Below are positions 1 through 11,940 of a stretch of DNA of 64,000 nt, in pieces. The translations under genes and the position numbers were made by a program. The DNA comes from Nemertoderma westbladi (taxonomy: Eukaryota; Animalia; Xenacoelomorpha): contig JAUCBJ010008050.1 in the NCBI GenBank assembly GCA_032718475.1, positions 62,001-126,000 on the forward strand, given 5' to 3'. Positions within the stretch are counted from its first letter, which is position 1. Every line of letters begins with the position of its first letter. Under the pieces are notes generated by a model. That model had not been told where the DNA came from and did not search any database. It saw only the letters and a list, made by a program, of their open reading frames with translations.

Positions 1-59
1 AATGTATGTATTTTAGAATGCGTGTTTGGGACAAAGTTGTTTGCATTAGGAATTAGTTT

Positions 60-660
60 CCTGACATCCCATCAATCCATGTTAGATCTGCCATCATTGG
101 TGGTGTCCCCAGAACTTATCGGGTGATGCGGTTTCAACCTCCTGTTGTGCTCTAGTAAAGGCAAAGTTTCTGATGGTGATACCGTCACTCCATAGAGATG
201 GATCCATTAGTTTAGCACGATCCGATTGATCCACGATTAGATGAAAGCTATTGTAAGGGGAATCTGGGTGCGGCGAAACCATGATCACTTCGTCTACGGG
301 GATACCCTCAGCTGTAAGGTAATCTTTGATCTCTTCGCTCGCTACTGTTAGATCATGACCCCGGGGGGGTCATTTCACGAGGCGGGGCAGCACGGATTGG
401 TCCACCTTGCTGGATACCTCGGATTACTGACAGTCTGCTGTATTGCTGGAATATGGGTAGAGTTGGTGCTGCCCTTCTTTGTGGATTGGTAGATAGGTTG
501 AGGTATTCGTTGTTAGGAGCCAAAACCAGTCATCCCATACCGATCCGGACATGATCGGTGATGCTGTTGGATATTGTGGGCCCGTTGGAAATGGGAGAAT
601 CAAGGAGGGTGAATGATTGCCAAGTCGCCAGTCGCCAAGTCGAAACACATACGTGTGGTT
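60..660 (-). mobile_element. Decayed ORF1 C-terminal fragment of a CR1/L2/Jockey-group LINE
   Basis: IRAAPPR..EEIKDYL..YNSFHLIVD..KLMDPSLWSDGITIRNF resembles the RRM-like ORF1 C-terminus; frameshifted. Confidence 0.55.
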
Positions 661-1539
661 TGGGGAGATATGAGATATTAATTTCAATTAAAATTACGCG
701 ATTCATAAATTTGTACACTACCCGGTTAAAAAGGTATGGTATTAGTCCTACAATTGTGACAATAAAAGATAGGATACTTTTGGTAAAATAAACTTATCAT
801 TCGAGGTTAAAACCCCTAGATCCCTTCCCGCGCCATTGGGGACTCATTTTGGAATAAAAGCTTTAAAGGGATAGTCACAGAGTATATCTGCATTGAATAT
901 CCTCAAATGGTAGCATTATATATACATCACATTCCTCTCACAGCGTATGGATTTCTCTCCATTTTTTATTTGCATTATAACCACATATACATATAGTTGA
1001 TATTCAGTTTAACTGGTTAACTGGGGGTACAGTTTATGAGAGAAACAATATTGGGGACATTTCATTTTGATCTGGAAGCATAAGGTTGTAAATTATATAA
1101 TTTGCATGCATTAAAATGTGATGTACAAGAAAATGTCTTGTAAGTATGACTCATGTGCTAGTCATTTGTTGAGGAATGTTGAAGGCTATATTATTCTGCA
1201 GCCAAAAGTATTAGCAGTACGAGTGCAAAGATACATGTAAAGAAGAACAATTACATGCAATCTATATTGTACACAATTATGAATTGGTTGGGATTTTCCC
1301 ATAATGAAATAACATTTGAAATCCAAAGTCGACATAGTCAAGTTATTGAAGATCAAAGGGGGGTATGATGCCAACATAATATATAGAATGGCCACAATAT
1401 AAGATTAAATATAAAAAACCAATATTTCTCCTTTACTAAAAAAATCTGCACACTACATTGATTAATGTACACACTATATGAATAATTTTCACTCTAAATA
1501 ATCCACACCAGTTTTTCAGTACACCTAAAAATAACTCAC

Positions 1540-1712
1540 AAATAGCATATCGAAGATATCCTCTGTATCCAGGACAACGGCAGATAGTTGAATCGTCTTC
1601 CCTTCTTGTAGAGATATATGATATATGCAGTCCAGATTATTTGGATATTGATTTGGATAATTGGTGGATGACACTACTCCTGTGACTTCATCAAAGTGAG
1701 ATACACCACATG
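1540..1712 (-). CDS. Exon 18: CUB domain 2, N-half
   Basis: CGVSHFDEVTGVVSSTNYPNQYPNNLDCIYHISL..LDTEDIFDMLF; GTGAGT donor. Confidence 0.92.
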
Positions 1713-2095
1713 CTATAGAAATAAACAATTAAAGTTAGAACTGAAAAACTAAAATTTGTCTGTAGATAAAGTATTGAAAGTAATTGTGGAATGTGAAATT
1801 TGAGACACCAGAGGCAACCCAAAATGCTCCACTATTTTGTATATTAAGACAGTGATGATGGGACACAAATTACCAAAAGGAAACACTCCTTCCTTAACTA
1901 CCTAACCTTTAATTTTTCCATTCTGAAGTCAGGTTCTCATTGTTCTGCCTTGCTCTGTCTTTTTTGCACAATCAATAACCAAAATATTTTTCAATAATCG
2001 ATTTAATTTTCAGAATACGCTCTATGGAGGTACCCTAGAGCTCTTTGAAACTCATTTTGGTTGCCATGAGGAGTTTTTCAATATGATCTCTCATA

Positions 2096-2585
2096 TACTA
2101 CTACTAGGTCGAGTGAACTCGGACAGTGGAAATTAGATCCTTCCAAACTTCCCAATTCTCCATAGTTGTAGCAAATTCGTTTCTATCGAGTTTAGTATCC
2201 TTTTCAAGCTGGTCTATATATGTTATGGCCGGTCGTCCACGACTACACTTTCCATGTGTTGATTTGTCAGAAAAGTAGATCTGATATGACCATGTCTCCA
2301 GCAGTGCCCACTGAATCTTATCTGAATTCACGGAGGGTGGTTGATACAGGTGGTATAGTACCATAGAGATCTGCTTTTGTTATGTGTTGTCTCCAGCTGA
2401 TGTTTAGGTTTGCCCTTCCTTAGTAGTCTTGTGTAGCAGCCATCAATTCGGTGCTCAATGATTTCGTCAGAGTCCAGGTCACACCCTGTATAAAAGTACA
2501 CTGTTTTTCATTGTGGCTCGAAATAAGTTAGTCTTTAGGTGCCTGGAGAGATCTGATTTCCAGATGGTATTCATTTTTGAACAAT
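2096..2585 (-). mobile_element. RTE-clade LINE 3' fragment
   Basis: GRPAITYIDQLEKDT..MENWEVWK C-terminal motif and short (TAG)n tail; same 3' end as the copy at 35110. Confidence 0.75.
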
Positions 2586-3228
2586 CTCTTATATGGTTCA
2601 ATATTATTCTGTAAATAATCTTTACTTAATATCAATAATAGCTAGCTACAACTGAAATCAGGCTCATATGACTCATACAGTCTTAGGTTACATTCATAGG
2701 GACAAGAAATATCTTGATAGTCATCATTTCTTGTCATACAATGATTGCTGTATTACATGTAATGTAATAGGAGTGATAATTTGTGGATGTTAAATACCGC
2801 AGGAGGTACACAATCAACACAAAGGTAATTTGTTCACATATAGAACCTGCAGCAGTTTCTATTTCAGAAAATGTGATATTGCCTGTTTGAGCACTGTGGG
2901 TATGAATTTGAGTTATGAACCCCATTTGCTAAACCTAAATGCAAAATTAAAAACTACCATATTTTGACAATTTGACCAATTACCTTATCCCAATGGATTG
3001 GATAATATAAAATAATCACAAAAAGTGAATAATGATTATCTAAGTCACATCATATGACACTGCTGCGTTCTGGTATAGAACTCCCACATGAAGTTAATGT
3101 AATGATAACATATGTTAATGATTATATGTCAATAATAATATTAATATAATGTAATTTGGATAAAATATTTATTTATTAATAAATATTTTATTCTACAAAC
3201 TTTTAATAATACATCAGTAATTCTGTAC

Positions 3229-3409
3229 CTGAATAACGGATTTCGAAAAGGGGAGTTCCCTCGAAACCTCGTGCATTGAATTGAATGGTGACGTCACTAG
3301 ATGTTGAATAAAGAACTTCATAGTCTCCATCATCCGCATTTCGTTTCATTTGACTCCCCCCATGCCATGAACTGAGCTCAGGGGCAGCTTTGGTCTTACC
3401 ATCACTGAT
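3229..3409 (-). CDS. Exon 17: CUB domain 1, C-half
   Basis: ISDGKTKAAPELSSWHG..LYSTSSDVTIQFNARG..FEIRYS; phase 0 to 1. Confidence 0.88.
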
Positions 3410-3621
3410 CTATTGATATCACAAATATGAATTGTAATCAACTTGATTTCTTTAAAATATGGTAAATTTTTTATATTGTGTAATAATAAAATAATAGAAA
3501 TAGAAATACTCAGAAAAGTGGCTAAAGATGTGAGATTTTTTCGAAAAAAACTAATGTTTGGAATAAGCCTACGCCACAAAACATGTTTTTGGAAAGTCAA
3601 CTGTGTTTTTTGTGATTCTAC

Positions 3622-3780
3622 GCATGTCCTTAGATCATCATAATGATGACGGTCTGATGGTGATACCACCTACTGGCTCCTGAGGGCTAGGAAATCCTGC
3701 TAAGCACCTAACTGATTTAAACTTTGCTAGTGACTCAGGATTACTCTCAGAAACAACTCAACAACATTCAGCTTAACGCA
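3622..3780 (+). mobile_element. Small RTE RT fragment
   Basis: Similar to the reverse complement of 6480-6620 (RMSLDHHNDDG..NPAK.LTDL.FA). Confidence 0.65.
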
Positions 3781-4202
3781 CCGGAGGCGTTAATTAGTGA
3801 ATTGATGGTTGTTATAAAATTAAATATCTGTATAATTAGCAGCGAATAGCGAATGATTCATCCATGTATATCTATCGTAATAGATATTAAAAACTTTACA
3901 AAAATACAGATAATGTTAAACAATACCCACCACCAACTGATGTTACTAAGCAACAACAGTGATAGCACCCAGGTCTAGCACAGTTGCTACTAACGTTTAT
4001 AGGTATGGTAATTAAGCACTTAACCCTTGGCGTACCAAAGATAAATGACATAAATTTTTTCTTCAAAGGACCAAGAAAAATATATTTGATAGGACTGAGG
4101 TTTATTTTCTTGTCATACCAGAGATTTTATATAAAGAGGATAACCATATTATTACTTATCTAAAATTAGTGTTACAGAATATATTAATTGTATACTACTA
4201 AC

Positions 4203-4375
4203 AACAAGCAAGTCATCTGGATTCCCGGCAACAAACTCTTTAACATATAGTTGAACTGTATGCTGCTCTGGGACACTGATGTGGTATTCGCAGTCCAGAC
4301 CTCTGTTATACAGATGATGGTGACGTGGATAAAAAATTGTTCCACTTTTGCCAGTGAAGTAAATATCGCCACAAG
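4203..4375 (-). CDS. Exon 16: CUB domain 1, N-half
   Basis: CGDIYFTGKSGTIFYP..YNRGLDCEYHISVP; 173 bp, the same size and phase as exon 18. Confidence 0.9.
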
Positions 4376-4911
4376 CTGCAAGAGCAAATAAGGCAAATAT
4401 AATCCTAATAATATTGTATTACTAAAATCAATCCGGGCGATTGAAATAATATATAGGTTACGATTTACTTCGACACCAAAAAATGACCTTCTCCACCAAA
4501 TATGTTAACCTTTGCACCAAAACGGATCACTTTCCACCAAATATTTTTCAATTACCTCTAATTAGCTATAACTGACCTTCGGCAATCAAAACCCTAGACA
4601 AACAGTGTCTTCAACCCTAAACCTAACTGGAAACCTGGATGGAAAACATGGAAAATGATTTACTAAAAAGCTGTCCTGAAATAAATGTTATGTACTAATT
4701 GAAATAGATATTGAAATTCCGCGACGATTTTAGGCGTCAGCAGAACAAGTACATAGGGTACCGTACCCAGGATATCAAAATATATTCATATAATAATAGT
4801 ATATAAAGTAATATGTGGTTAAACATTCATATTTTCTTAAAAATATAAATATTTTAATTCAATATAATAATATCGAAATTTAATCATCTGCCATTTGGTA
4901 TGCAACTGTAC

Positions 4912-4993
4912 CTTCGTCATCACAGCAAGTAAATCTAACATCATTAACTAGCGTATCATCATCAGTCCATGATGCAAAGCATTGTAGACAAAT
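4912..4993 (-). CDS. Exon 15: VOMI domain C-terminus
   Basis: DDDTLVNDVRFTCC matches the VMO-I terminal DDTALNDVRFFCC motif; phase 0 to 1. Confidence 0.9.
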
Positions 4994-5224
4994 CTAGAAT
5001 ATAACAATTTATATAAAATTACAGTTCCATTTTGTAACTACTTTTACATGATATTAGTTTTGTTGAACGGATAGTAAATATAATATACACTGTCAGATAA
5101 GATATTTTAGATATAGTGCTTTACAAATATGGTGATGCAATGGGCTTCAATCGGCTTCCTGCAGATACATCAAACCCGCGGAGAAGAACTATTAATTCGT
5201 GGTGAAGCCATCTGATACATTTAT

Positions 5225-5336
5225 GTAGTATGGTCTTCCTCCTCTCGGTGACAGTTAGACTTCACTGACACCCATTGGGTGTCATATGGGTGTCAGTGAG
5301 GTCTAACTGTCACCGAGAGGAGGAAGACCCTACTAC
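5225..5336. repeat. Near-perfect inverted repeat (51-bp arms, 10-bp loop); possible MITE remnant
   Basis: GTAGTATGGTCTTCCTCCTCTCGGTGACAGTTAGACTTCACTGACACCCAT pairs with ATGGGTGTCAGTGAGGTCTAACTGTCACCGAGAGGAGGAAGACCCTACTAC. Confidence 0.85.
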
Positions 5337-5474
5337 TCACGTAGTATAAGGTAGCTCATGTTTCTCGTTAAGTCGGAGTCTGAACGGCTTGACGAACTGA
5401 TCAATTAATTACATTTCTTTAGTCCACTTAATTACTTATATTTCATATTCCCATATCATTATAAGATAACCTAC

Positions 5475-5625
5475 CTCTACTCCACAGACTACGGATCCTA
5501 TTGGACATTCACCGCTGTCCTGCCTTGCCCATTTTCCCCAACTCAACGGATCAGAACTGTTGGACAATGTGAATGCTGGATCCCGGCCAACCTCCAATAA
5601 ACTTTCACTACTACGATATCGGTCT
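5475..5625 (-). CDS. Exon 14: VOMI domain part 4
   Basis: LSWGKWARQDSGECPIGSVVCGVE matches WG-W---CP-G--ICG; phase 2 to 0, compatible with exon 13 across a 22-kb intron. Confidence 0.88.
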
Positions 5626-5682
5626 CTGAAAAAGGTTTTATAAAATTAATATAACAAGGGATCCTAATATAACCAGAACTAT

Positions 5683-7223
5683 AACCACTACTACTAGTAC
5701 TACTAGGATCGGCATGCTGCATTGCAGCTGCATTTTTAAGAATGCTGTGCCGGCTTGTCGACAAAATTGCGCCGCCACAACTCCCTATCACCCATGACAT
5801 TTGCTAGATCATCCGCATCTTCAAGGCCAGTGTCCTTTAAGATGCGTCTCAAGAAAGACATGGGCTGTCCACCATGCTTATTCACTCCATGAGGCTGCCA
5901 AAGTACAAGATTATGCACTGGGTGGTCCTCACGGCGAAAGCAATGTCCTGCAAAGCGGAGGCGATTTTGTTCTAGTGTCAACCTTGGGGGAACCAATGAG
6001 ACACCTCCAATGTTATATAGTGTCTGGTTAGAGATGTGTGCATTGTACTTGACACAATGAACCCGGCGTAGCATTCTTGTGAATGTGCCATCCAGAGATT
6101 TGTTGTAATCAGCTCCCATAGACTCCCATAGAGGAGTACTGGAACTACTGCTGCTCTAAATAATCGGACCTTAGGTTTCCGATTAATTCTCGGTGACTTC
6201 CAAATCCTGGAAAGCCTATTCAAGGCTGCCCAGCCCATGCCTTTCCCTTACGTATTCGAAGGTCCTCACCTCACCTGACTTCCGGATCCATGATCCCAGG
6301 TAACAGAAGTCGTCCACATGCTCAAGCATACCATCCTTTGAGCTTATGCTCATCCGATCAGAGACTTGCTGCGGACTTTCAAAGTTAACTGTCAAAATTT
6401 TGGTCTTTCTGGCTCTATTTTGGTCTTTAATAAAAAGACCAACACTAGAAGCAGCATGTTCTAATGAGCTGAGGAGCCGTTTCTAGTGATTCTGAGAGTA
6501 CTCCTAAGTCATCAGCAAAGTCTAGATCAGTTAGGTACTTGGCAGGATTTCCTCTACTTCTGGAGCCAACAGGTGGAGTTATCATCACCCCATCATCATT
6601 ATGATGATCTAAGGACATACGTAGAACATAGTCAACCACAATTATGGACAAGAATGGTGCAAGTGTGTCTCCCTGGAGGACGCCCCATAACACTTCAAAT
6701 GGTTCTGTGTCACCGTCAACAGTAGACACAAATGTTGTCGAACCATCGTATACTGATCTGATTGCTGCAATAATTTCATCAGGAATCCCATATAATGAAA
6801 GTATGCTGAACATACGTGAGCGAGAGACTGAATCAAAGGCCTTAAAGAAGTCAACAAAGATAACAGCCAGATGCCTGTCTTTCTTTTTTGATAACTCTTC
6901 AATTATCCTTCTAAGTGCCAAAATGGGCTCCATGGTCCCACGACCTTCACGGAACCCATTCTGATTTCCACGGAGCAGTCTCTCAATGGGATCCCTGATG
7001 CGATTTAATAGAATTCTATTGTATAGCTTTGCAGCAATCGAGATCAATGAGATTCACCAAAAAGAACCATAGAATGTTAGGTTGCCCTTCTTGGGAACTG
7101 GCACCAACTTATTTGTTTTAATTTCTTGTGTGACACTTGTTGTTCGGTACATGTCTACTATGATGGGTTATATGAGCTTTAAACACTCCGGTATTTTAAA
7201 GACCTCAGGGGGAACACCATCTA
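5683..7223 (-). mobile_element. RTE-clade LINE, RT domain and 3' end (piece 1 of 3)
   Basis: QNGFREGR, VDFFKAFDSV, GVLQGDTLAP, LDFADD motifs; (TAG)n tail at about 5683-5706. Confidence 0.93.
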
Positions 7224-7839
7224 TGTAAGCGGATTCAATTCCGTGCACTACCCACCGAAAATGGGATTAGTGGCATTTTACCAATATAGTTGGCGAGGTG
7301 AGATTACCATATTAATCTCACCTCATAACAAACTGGGGCAACACACGCCGTAAGCCACGGAGAGAGGTGAGAGGTCAAACCACCTCAGAGGGACAAACAA
7401 GCTAGTAAGGCTAGCACACAAGGGACAAGGGCAACAGGGAGTGGCGAGGTGAGAATTAATCAGGTTAAGCCAATAGTGGGCGGGAAAGCACATTGGGGGT
7501 GAATAGAGCACATCTATTAGATAGGCCACCCTGTAGTGTAGGGCTAATGTAATATGTGTCAATGATATAACCGTTGTGATCGTTGATTATTAGTTTAGTT
7601 GGTTTCCTTACAGTTGTGAGACCGGAATAATTTTGACCGTCGTCACTAACGTTGTGTTGCATGCTATTATATTCAGACTGTGCTATCATCAATTACTGTC
7701 ATTATTAACACTTAGTTATTCAGTAACTCAGTTATTTTGAACAGCCTCTGGCCTAATATATCCAGTGAACAGCTTAGCGGCGACACGTATATCATACACC
7801 GGTCGGGATCTATACTGCCAACTCGAAGGTCCCGTCACA
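7224..7839 (+). repeat. Internally deleted 5' LTR (616 bp)
   Basis: First ~57 bp match the LTR start at 17598 and 18823; the rest matches 22225-22785; joined at AGGTGA microhomology. Confidence 0.85.
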
Positions 7840-8359
7840 GTCAAAACTATTCCGGCCTCACAACTGTAAGGAAACCAACTAAACTAATAATCAACAATCA
7901 CAAATCAACAATCACATCAGAAATGAAATCAGCACCCCTTAAAACCACACTACAATTAATAAATCTGTCCGGTCGTTATTTAATATTAAATTATACAATA
8001 AGGAGACCGACGAGATTAATAGTGCGAGTCAAATGTTGGTAAATTTTAATATCCGCTCTCTTAAAGAGATTTTTAGAATATCACTTTTTAGTTTGCATAC
8101 TCGTGTAAATTTGTCATCTAATTCTATTTTAATATGTGTACGTAACACTTGCCGACCATTGTCTACAATGTACGATACTTTTAAGCGGTGGTGTTACTCA
8201 CGTGCAACTTGACGCTTTTTATTTCACCTATGTTTCATTTTTTAGACCCATTTTACTAATTGTGCAGAAATTCCCTACCATTAGTGTTTTTATAGATATG
8301 GCACTGATATTTAATGTATATAATATGAATATTTGATGCTGAAATAAATAAAATAATAA

Positions 8360-8725
8360 TAATAAAACCCCAATAGCGAGAATATTAGTTAGTTTGTATT
8401 CTTTTTTAAGTTTTGACAGACTGACTGACAAAAAGACCGACAGACTAGATTTATGTAAAAGTGAAAACTGTCATCAGAAATTAAATCAGTACCCCTTAAA
8501 ACCCCCCTAGCGAGAATGTTAGTTAGTTTGTATTCTACTGTATGTAAGTTTTGACAGACTGACTGATAGAAAGAAAGACAGACAGACAGACTAGATTTAT
8601 GAAAAAGTGAAAACTGACATTAGAAATTAAGTCACCGACCTTTAAAACCCCCTAGCGAGAATGTTAAATGTTAGTTAGTTTGTATTCTTCTTTAGTCTTG
8701 ACAGACTAACTGACAGAAAGACTGA
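8360..8725. repeat. About 3 copies of a ~140-bp tandem unit
   Basis: Recurring TAGCGAGAAT..TTAGTTAGTTTGTATTCT..GACAGACTGAC..AAAGTGAAAACTG. Confidence 0.7.
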
Positions 8726-9100
8726 CAAACTTCAGATTTGTAATTTTACAGTAGTTTAGGCTTTTGGGGCACAAATGAAATCTTGCTTTACAGTAGGTGC
8801 GAAAGGGTTAAGGAAAGCCATGCTAATTTCGGAATACATGCCCATCTACGAAGCAACTCATCATGGAAGGCATATATATATATATATATCGGATGGCATT
8901 CTCATCTCGGAAATAAATACTCATCTCGATGGCGTACACATCACGGCAAGTATATTATCATCTCGAAAAGACACACTTTGGACCCGGATGGAATACATAA
9001 TTCGGAATGGAAGACAGACGGACAGAATCAGACAGAAGAAAAAGAAAAGTCGGGGCAGGTTATATAGGTATATGTCACACAGATTATCTATGCTCTCTGA

Positions 9101-10393
9101 GATGTGTAATGCCTTGGGAGATGTGAATGTCATCTAAGATGAGTATCCTTTCCGGGATGAGTACTATATGCTTGCAAGAAAAGTATGCCTTTCCTTTCCG
9201 AGATGATTATACCTTTCCGACGTGACGGAGAATAACCTAAAATAATATCTCATTGGTACTCGAATATGGGCTCTAAATTAACATACTTTGGCGAATAAAA
9301 AATTGTATGCATTCAAAAATTGGTCTAATTGTCAGTGGCTCTTGAGGGACGTAGGTCCTACTAGAGCCATTTTCGTCACAGTAGCAATTCACTACTGTAG
9401 GCTACAAATTAATAATTATTAGATTAAATAATTTAAATGGGTTATGACCACATTCAAGTGTTGTTGGGAGGGGGAGGGGGGAGGTGCAATTATGAAGCAC
9501 GTTTTTAATGTTTTAATATAAGTTGTAGATGTCTAGATATGCAGTAGTTAAACTGCTAAATGGCAGTTAAATTCAAACTGCATCAAACAGCATCATCATC
9601 AAACTACATGTAAACAGCAAAACCTTCCTTTATTAATATGTACGTAGTAAATCTGTGAAAGAGTTTTGAACAACTTCTTCCAAAACTAAGTTTTTAAATT
9701 AAATTTTAAAAAAAATTGAAACAAATATTAATTAAAACAAAATTGATGTGTAATGCCTTGGGACATGTGCATGTCATCTAAGATGAGTATCCTTTCCGGG
9801 ATGAGTACTGTATTATACTTGCAAGAAAAGTATGCCTTTCCTTTATGAGATGATTATACCTTTCCGACGTGACGGAGAATAACCTAAAATACTATCTCAT
9901 TGGTTCTCGAATATGAGCTCTAGATTAACACACTTTGGCGAATAAAAAATTATATGCACTCAAAAATTGGTCTAATTGTCAGTGGCTCTTGTGGGACGTA
10001 GGTCCTACTAGAGCCATTTTCGTCACTTGGTAGCTATTCACTACTGTAGGCTACAAATTAATAATTTTTATGTTAATAATTTAAATGGGTTATCAACACA
10101 TTTAAGTGTTGTTGGGAGAGGGGAGGGGGGTGGGGGTGCAATTATGAAGCACGTTTTTTATGTTTTAATAGAAGTTGTAGATGTCAAGATATGCAGTAGT
10201 TAAACTGCTAAATGGCAGTTAAATTCATTAACTGCATCAAACAGCATCATCATCAAACTACATGTAAACAGCAAAACATTCCTTTATTAATATGTACGTA
10301 GTAAATCTGTGAAAGAGTTTTGAATAACTTCTACCAAAAATATGTTTTTAAATTAAATTAAAAAAAATTGAAACAAATATTAATTAAAACAAA
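9101..10393. repeat. Tandem duplication, 2 x ~645 bp
   Basis: GATGTGTAATGCCTTGGGA starts at 9101 and 9745; both copies end AATATTAATTAAAACAAAAT. Confidence 0.9.
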
Positions 10394-11679
10394 ATAACAC
10401 TGAAAACGTTATTAATTAACAAGTAAGGGACAATTTAATAAGAAAATGATAAGCAATTCAATACAAACCAAACATGTGTTCCATTGTAAGTGGCTTCGCT
10501 AGGACATATGTACCCCAAGAGCCATGTGTCGCCAAATGCAATCCTTACTGTATCCCCCATAGAGCCACCTTGGCTTCCAGAGGACATGTCCCTCCTCAAA
10601 AGCCAAAAATGTCCCTCCAAAGCCTATGTTGTATATAATCGTGTCCCTTAAAAGCCAAACGCAAATATAGAAAATTGGCTTTGGATGGACATGTTATATG
10701 TATATATATATGTATAACCATCCAATATCTCAAAAACTCAAGCAGGTACGCAAAAATTTTAATAACAAACTCTACATAGATTTTTGTTGCGCACAAGACT
10801 ATATATTTTTTGTGGCGTTTCGATCACGGTGTCACTGAAAAATAGCGGTTTTGAAAATTTAATGTCGAATTTCACCGATTTCAACTCGTCGAATGCACCA
10901 ACTTGTTTATTTGGGCTATTCAGTCATTTGAGCAACATATTTGAGCCTCAGAATCTTTTCAAATATCGCCAATCTCGCACAGAACGTCGCCAAAATTTGT
11001 TAGTCCGGCAAAAAAACTCACTAATTCGTCTAAAAGAGTAAATTATTGGTTGCAGAATAATATGATTCAACTAGAAAAGCCAGCCAGCTGGCTATAAGGA
11101 GACCGTACATAGACAAACACAGTGTTAGTTGGGTCCCTCCTCATTCATTATCATCAACCTATAAAACATTTGAACGGCCCAGTGCTTACAATGATATTCC
11201 CATAAGATTCACTGGGAAGAGCTATTCAGCTGGGGGGTAATACATTATACAAAATAACAGTTGATTTTTGATTACTGTCTGGGTTAGAGTGAGATAGTAA
11301 TAAATTTGGCAAGTAATATACTTCTTTCATTTTCACTCACTCAGGGTACTGGTTTCAGGGGCAGGTTCGTTTAAAGCCAGCTTGCTGGCTTTCTAGTAAA
11401 TAACCCCGGCGTAATTAATCGAAATAATATAAATAATAACGTAACAAACCAACGGGGCGAAACTATTAGCGGTGCAATTAATGTAAACGTAGGGGCAAGA
11501 GGCAATTTGCCTCGTGAGAGCCTACAAGGCCACGCAGTTGCGCAGGGAGGAGCGGGGGTAAATAAACCCGGTGAGGGTAGAACTAACGCGTCGACTGAAA
11601 GGTAACATGGGGGCAAAGCAAGAGGTGACGGGTGGGGGGGGGGGGCTGCGGGCACCCCACCACAACCAATTAATGACGA

Positions 11680-11940
11680 GAGGGGGGGGGGGGCAGAGAA
11701 TGCCTCTAGAGCGTCGGCAGATAATGCGCATGGTGAGTTAAGTGAATCGTGGCAACCGACAACGGAAGAGAGGGGGGGGCAGATAATGCCTCACGAGCGT
11801 CGGCCGATAATGTGCGCGGTGAGTTAAGTGAACCGTGGCACCCGACGGCGGACGAGAGGGGGGGGGGGGGGGCAGAGAATGCCCCACGAGCGTCGGCAGA
11901 TAATGCGGGCGGTGAGTTAAGTGGAATGTGGCACCCGACG
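11680..11940 (+). repeat. 3 x ~90-bp tandem repeat in the BEL 5'/gag region
   Basis: Repeated GGGGGCAGA.AATGCC..GAGCGTCGGC.GATAATG..GGTGAGTTAAGTG..TGGCA.CCGAC. Confidence 0.8.

Noticed and set aside
11350-11369. Primer-binding site of the first BEL element (TGGTTTCAGGGGCAGGTTCG)
   Set aside because: No LTR ending in CA precedes it and I cannot match it confidently to a tRNA 3' end.
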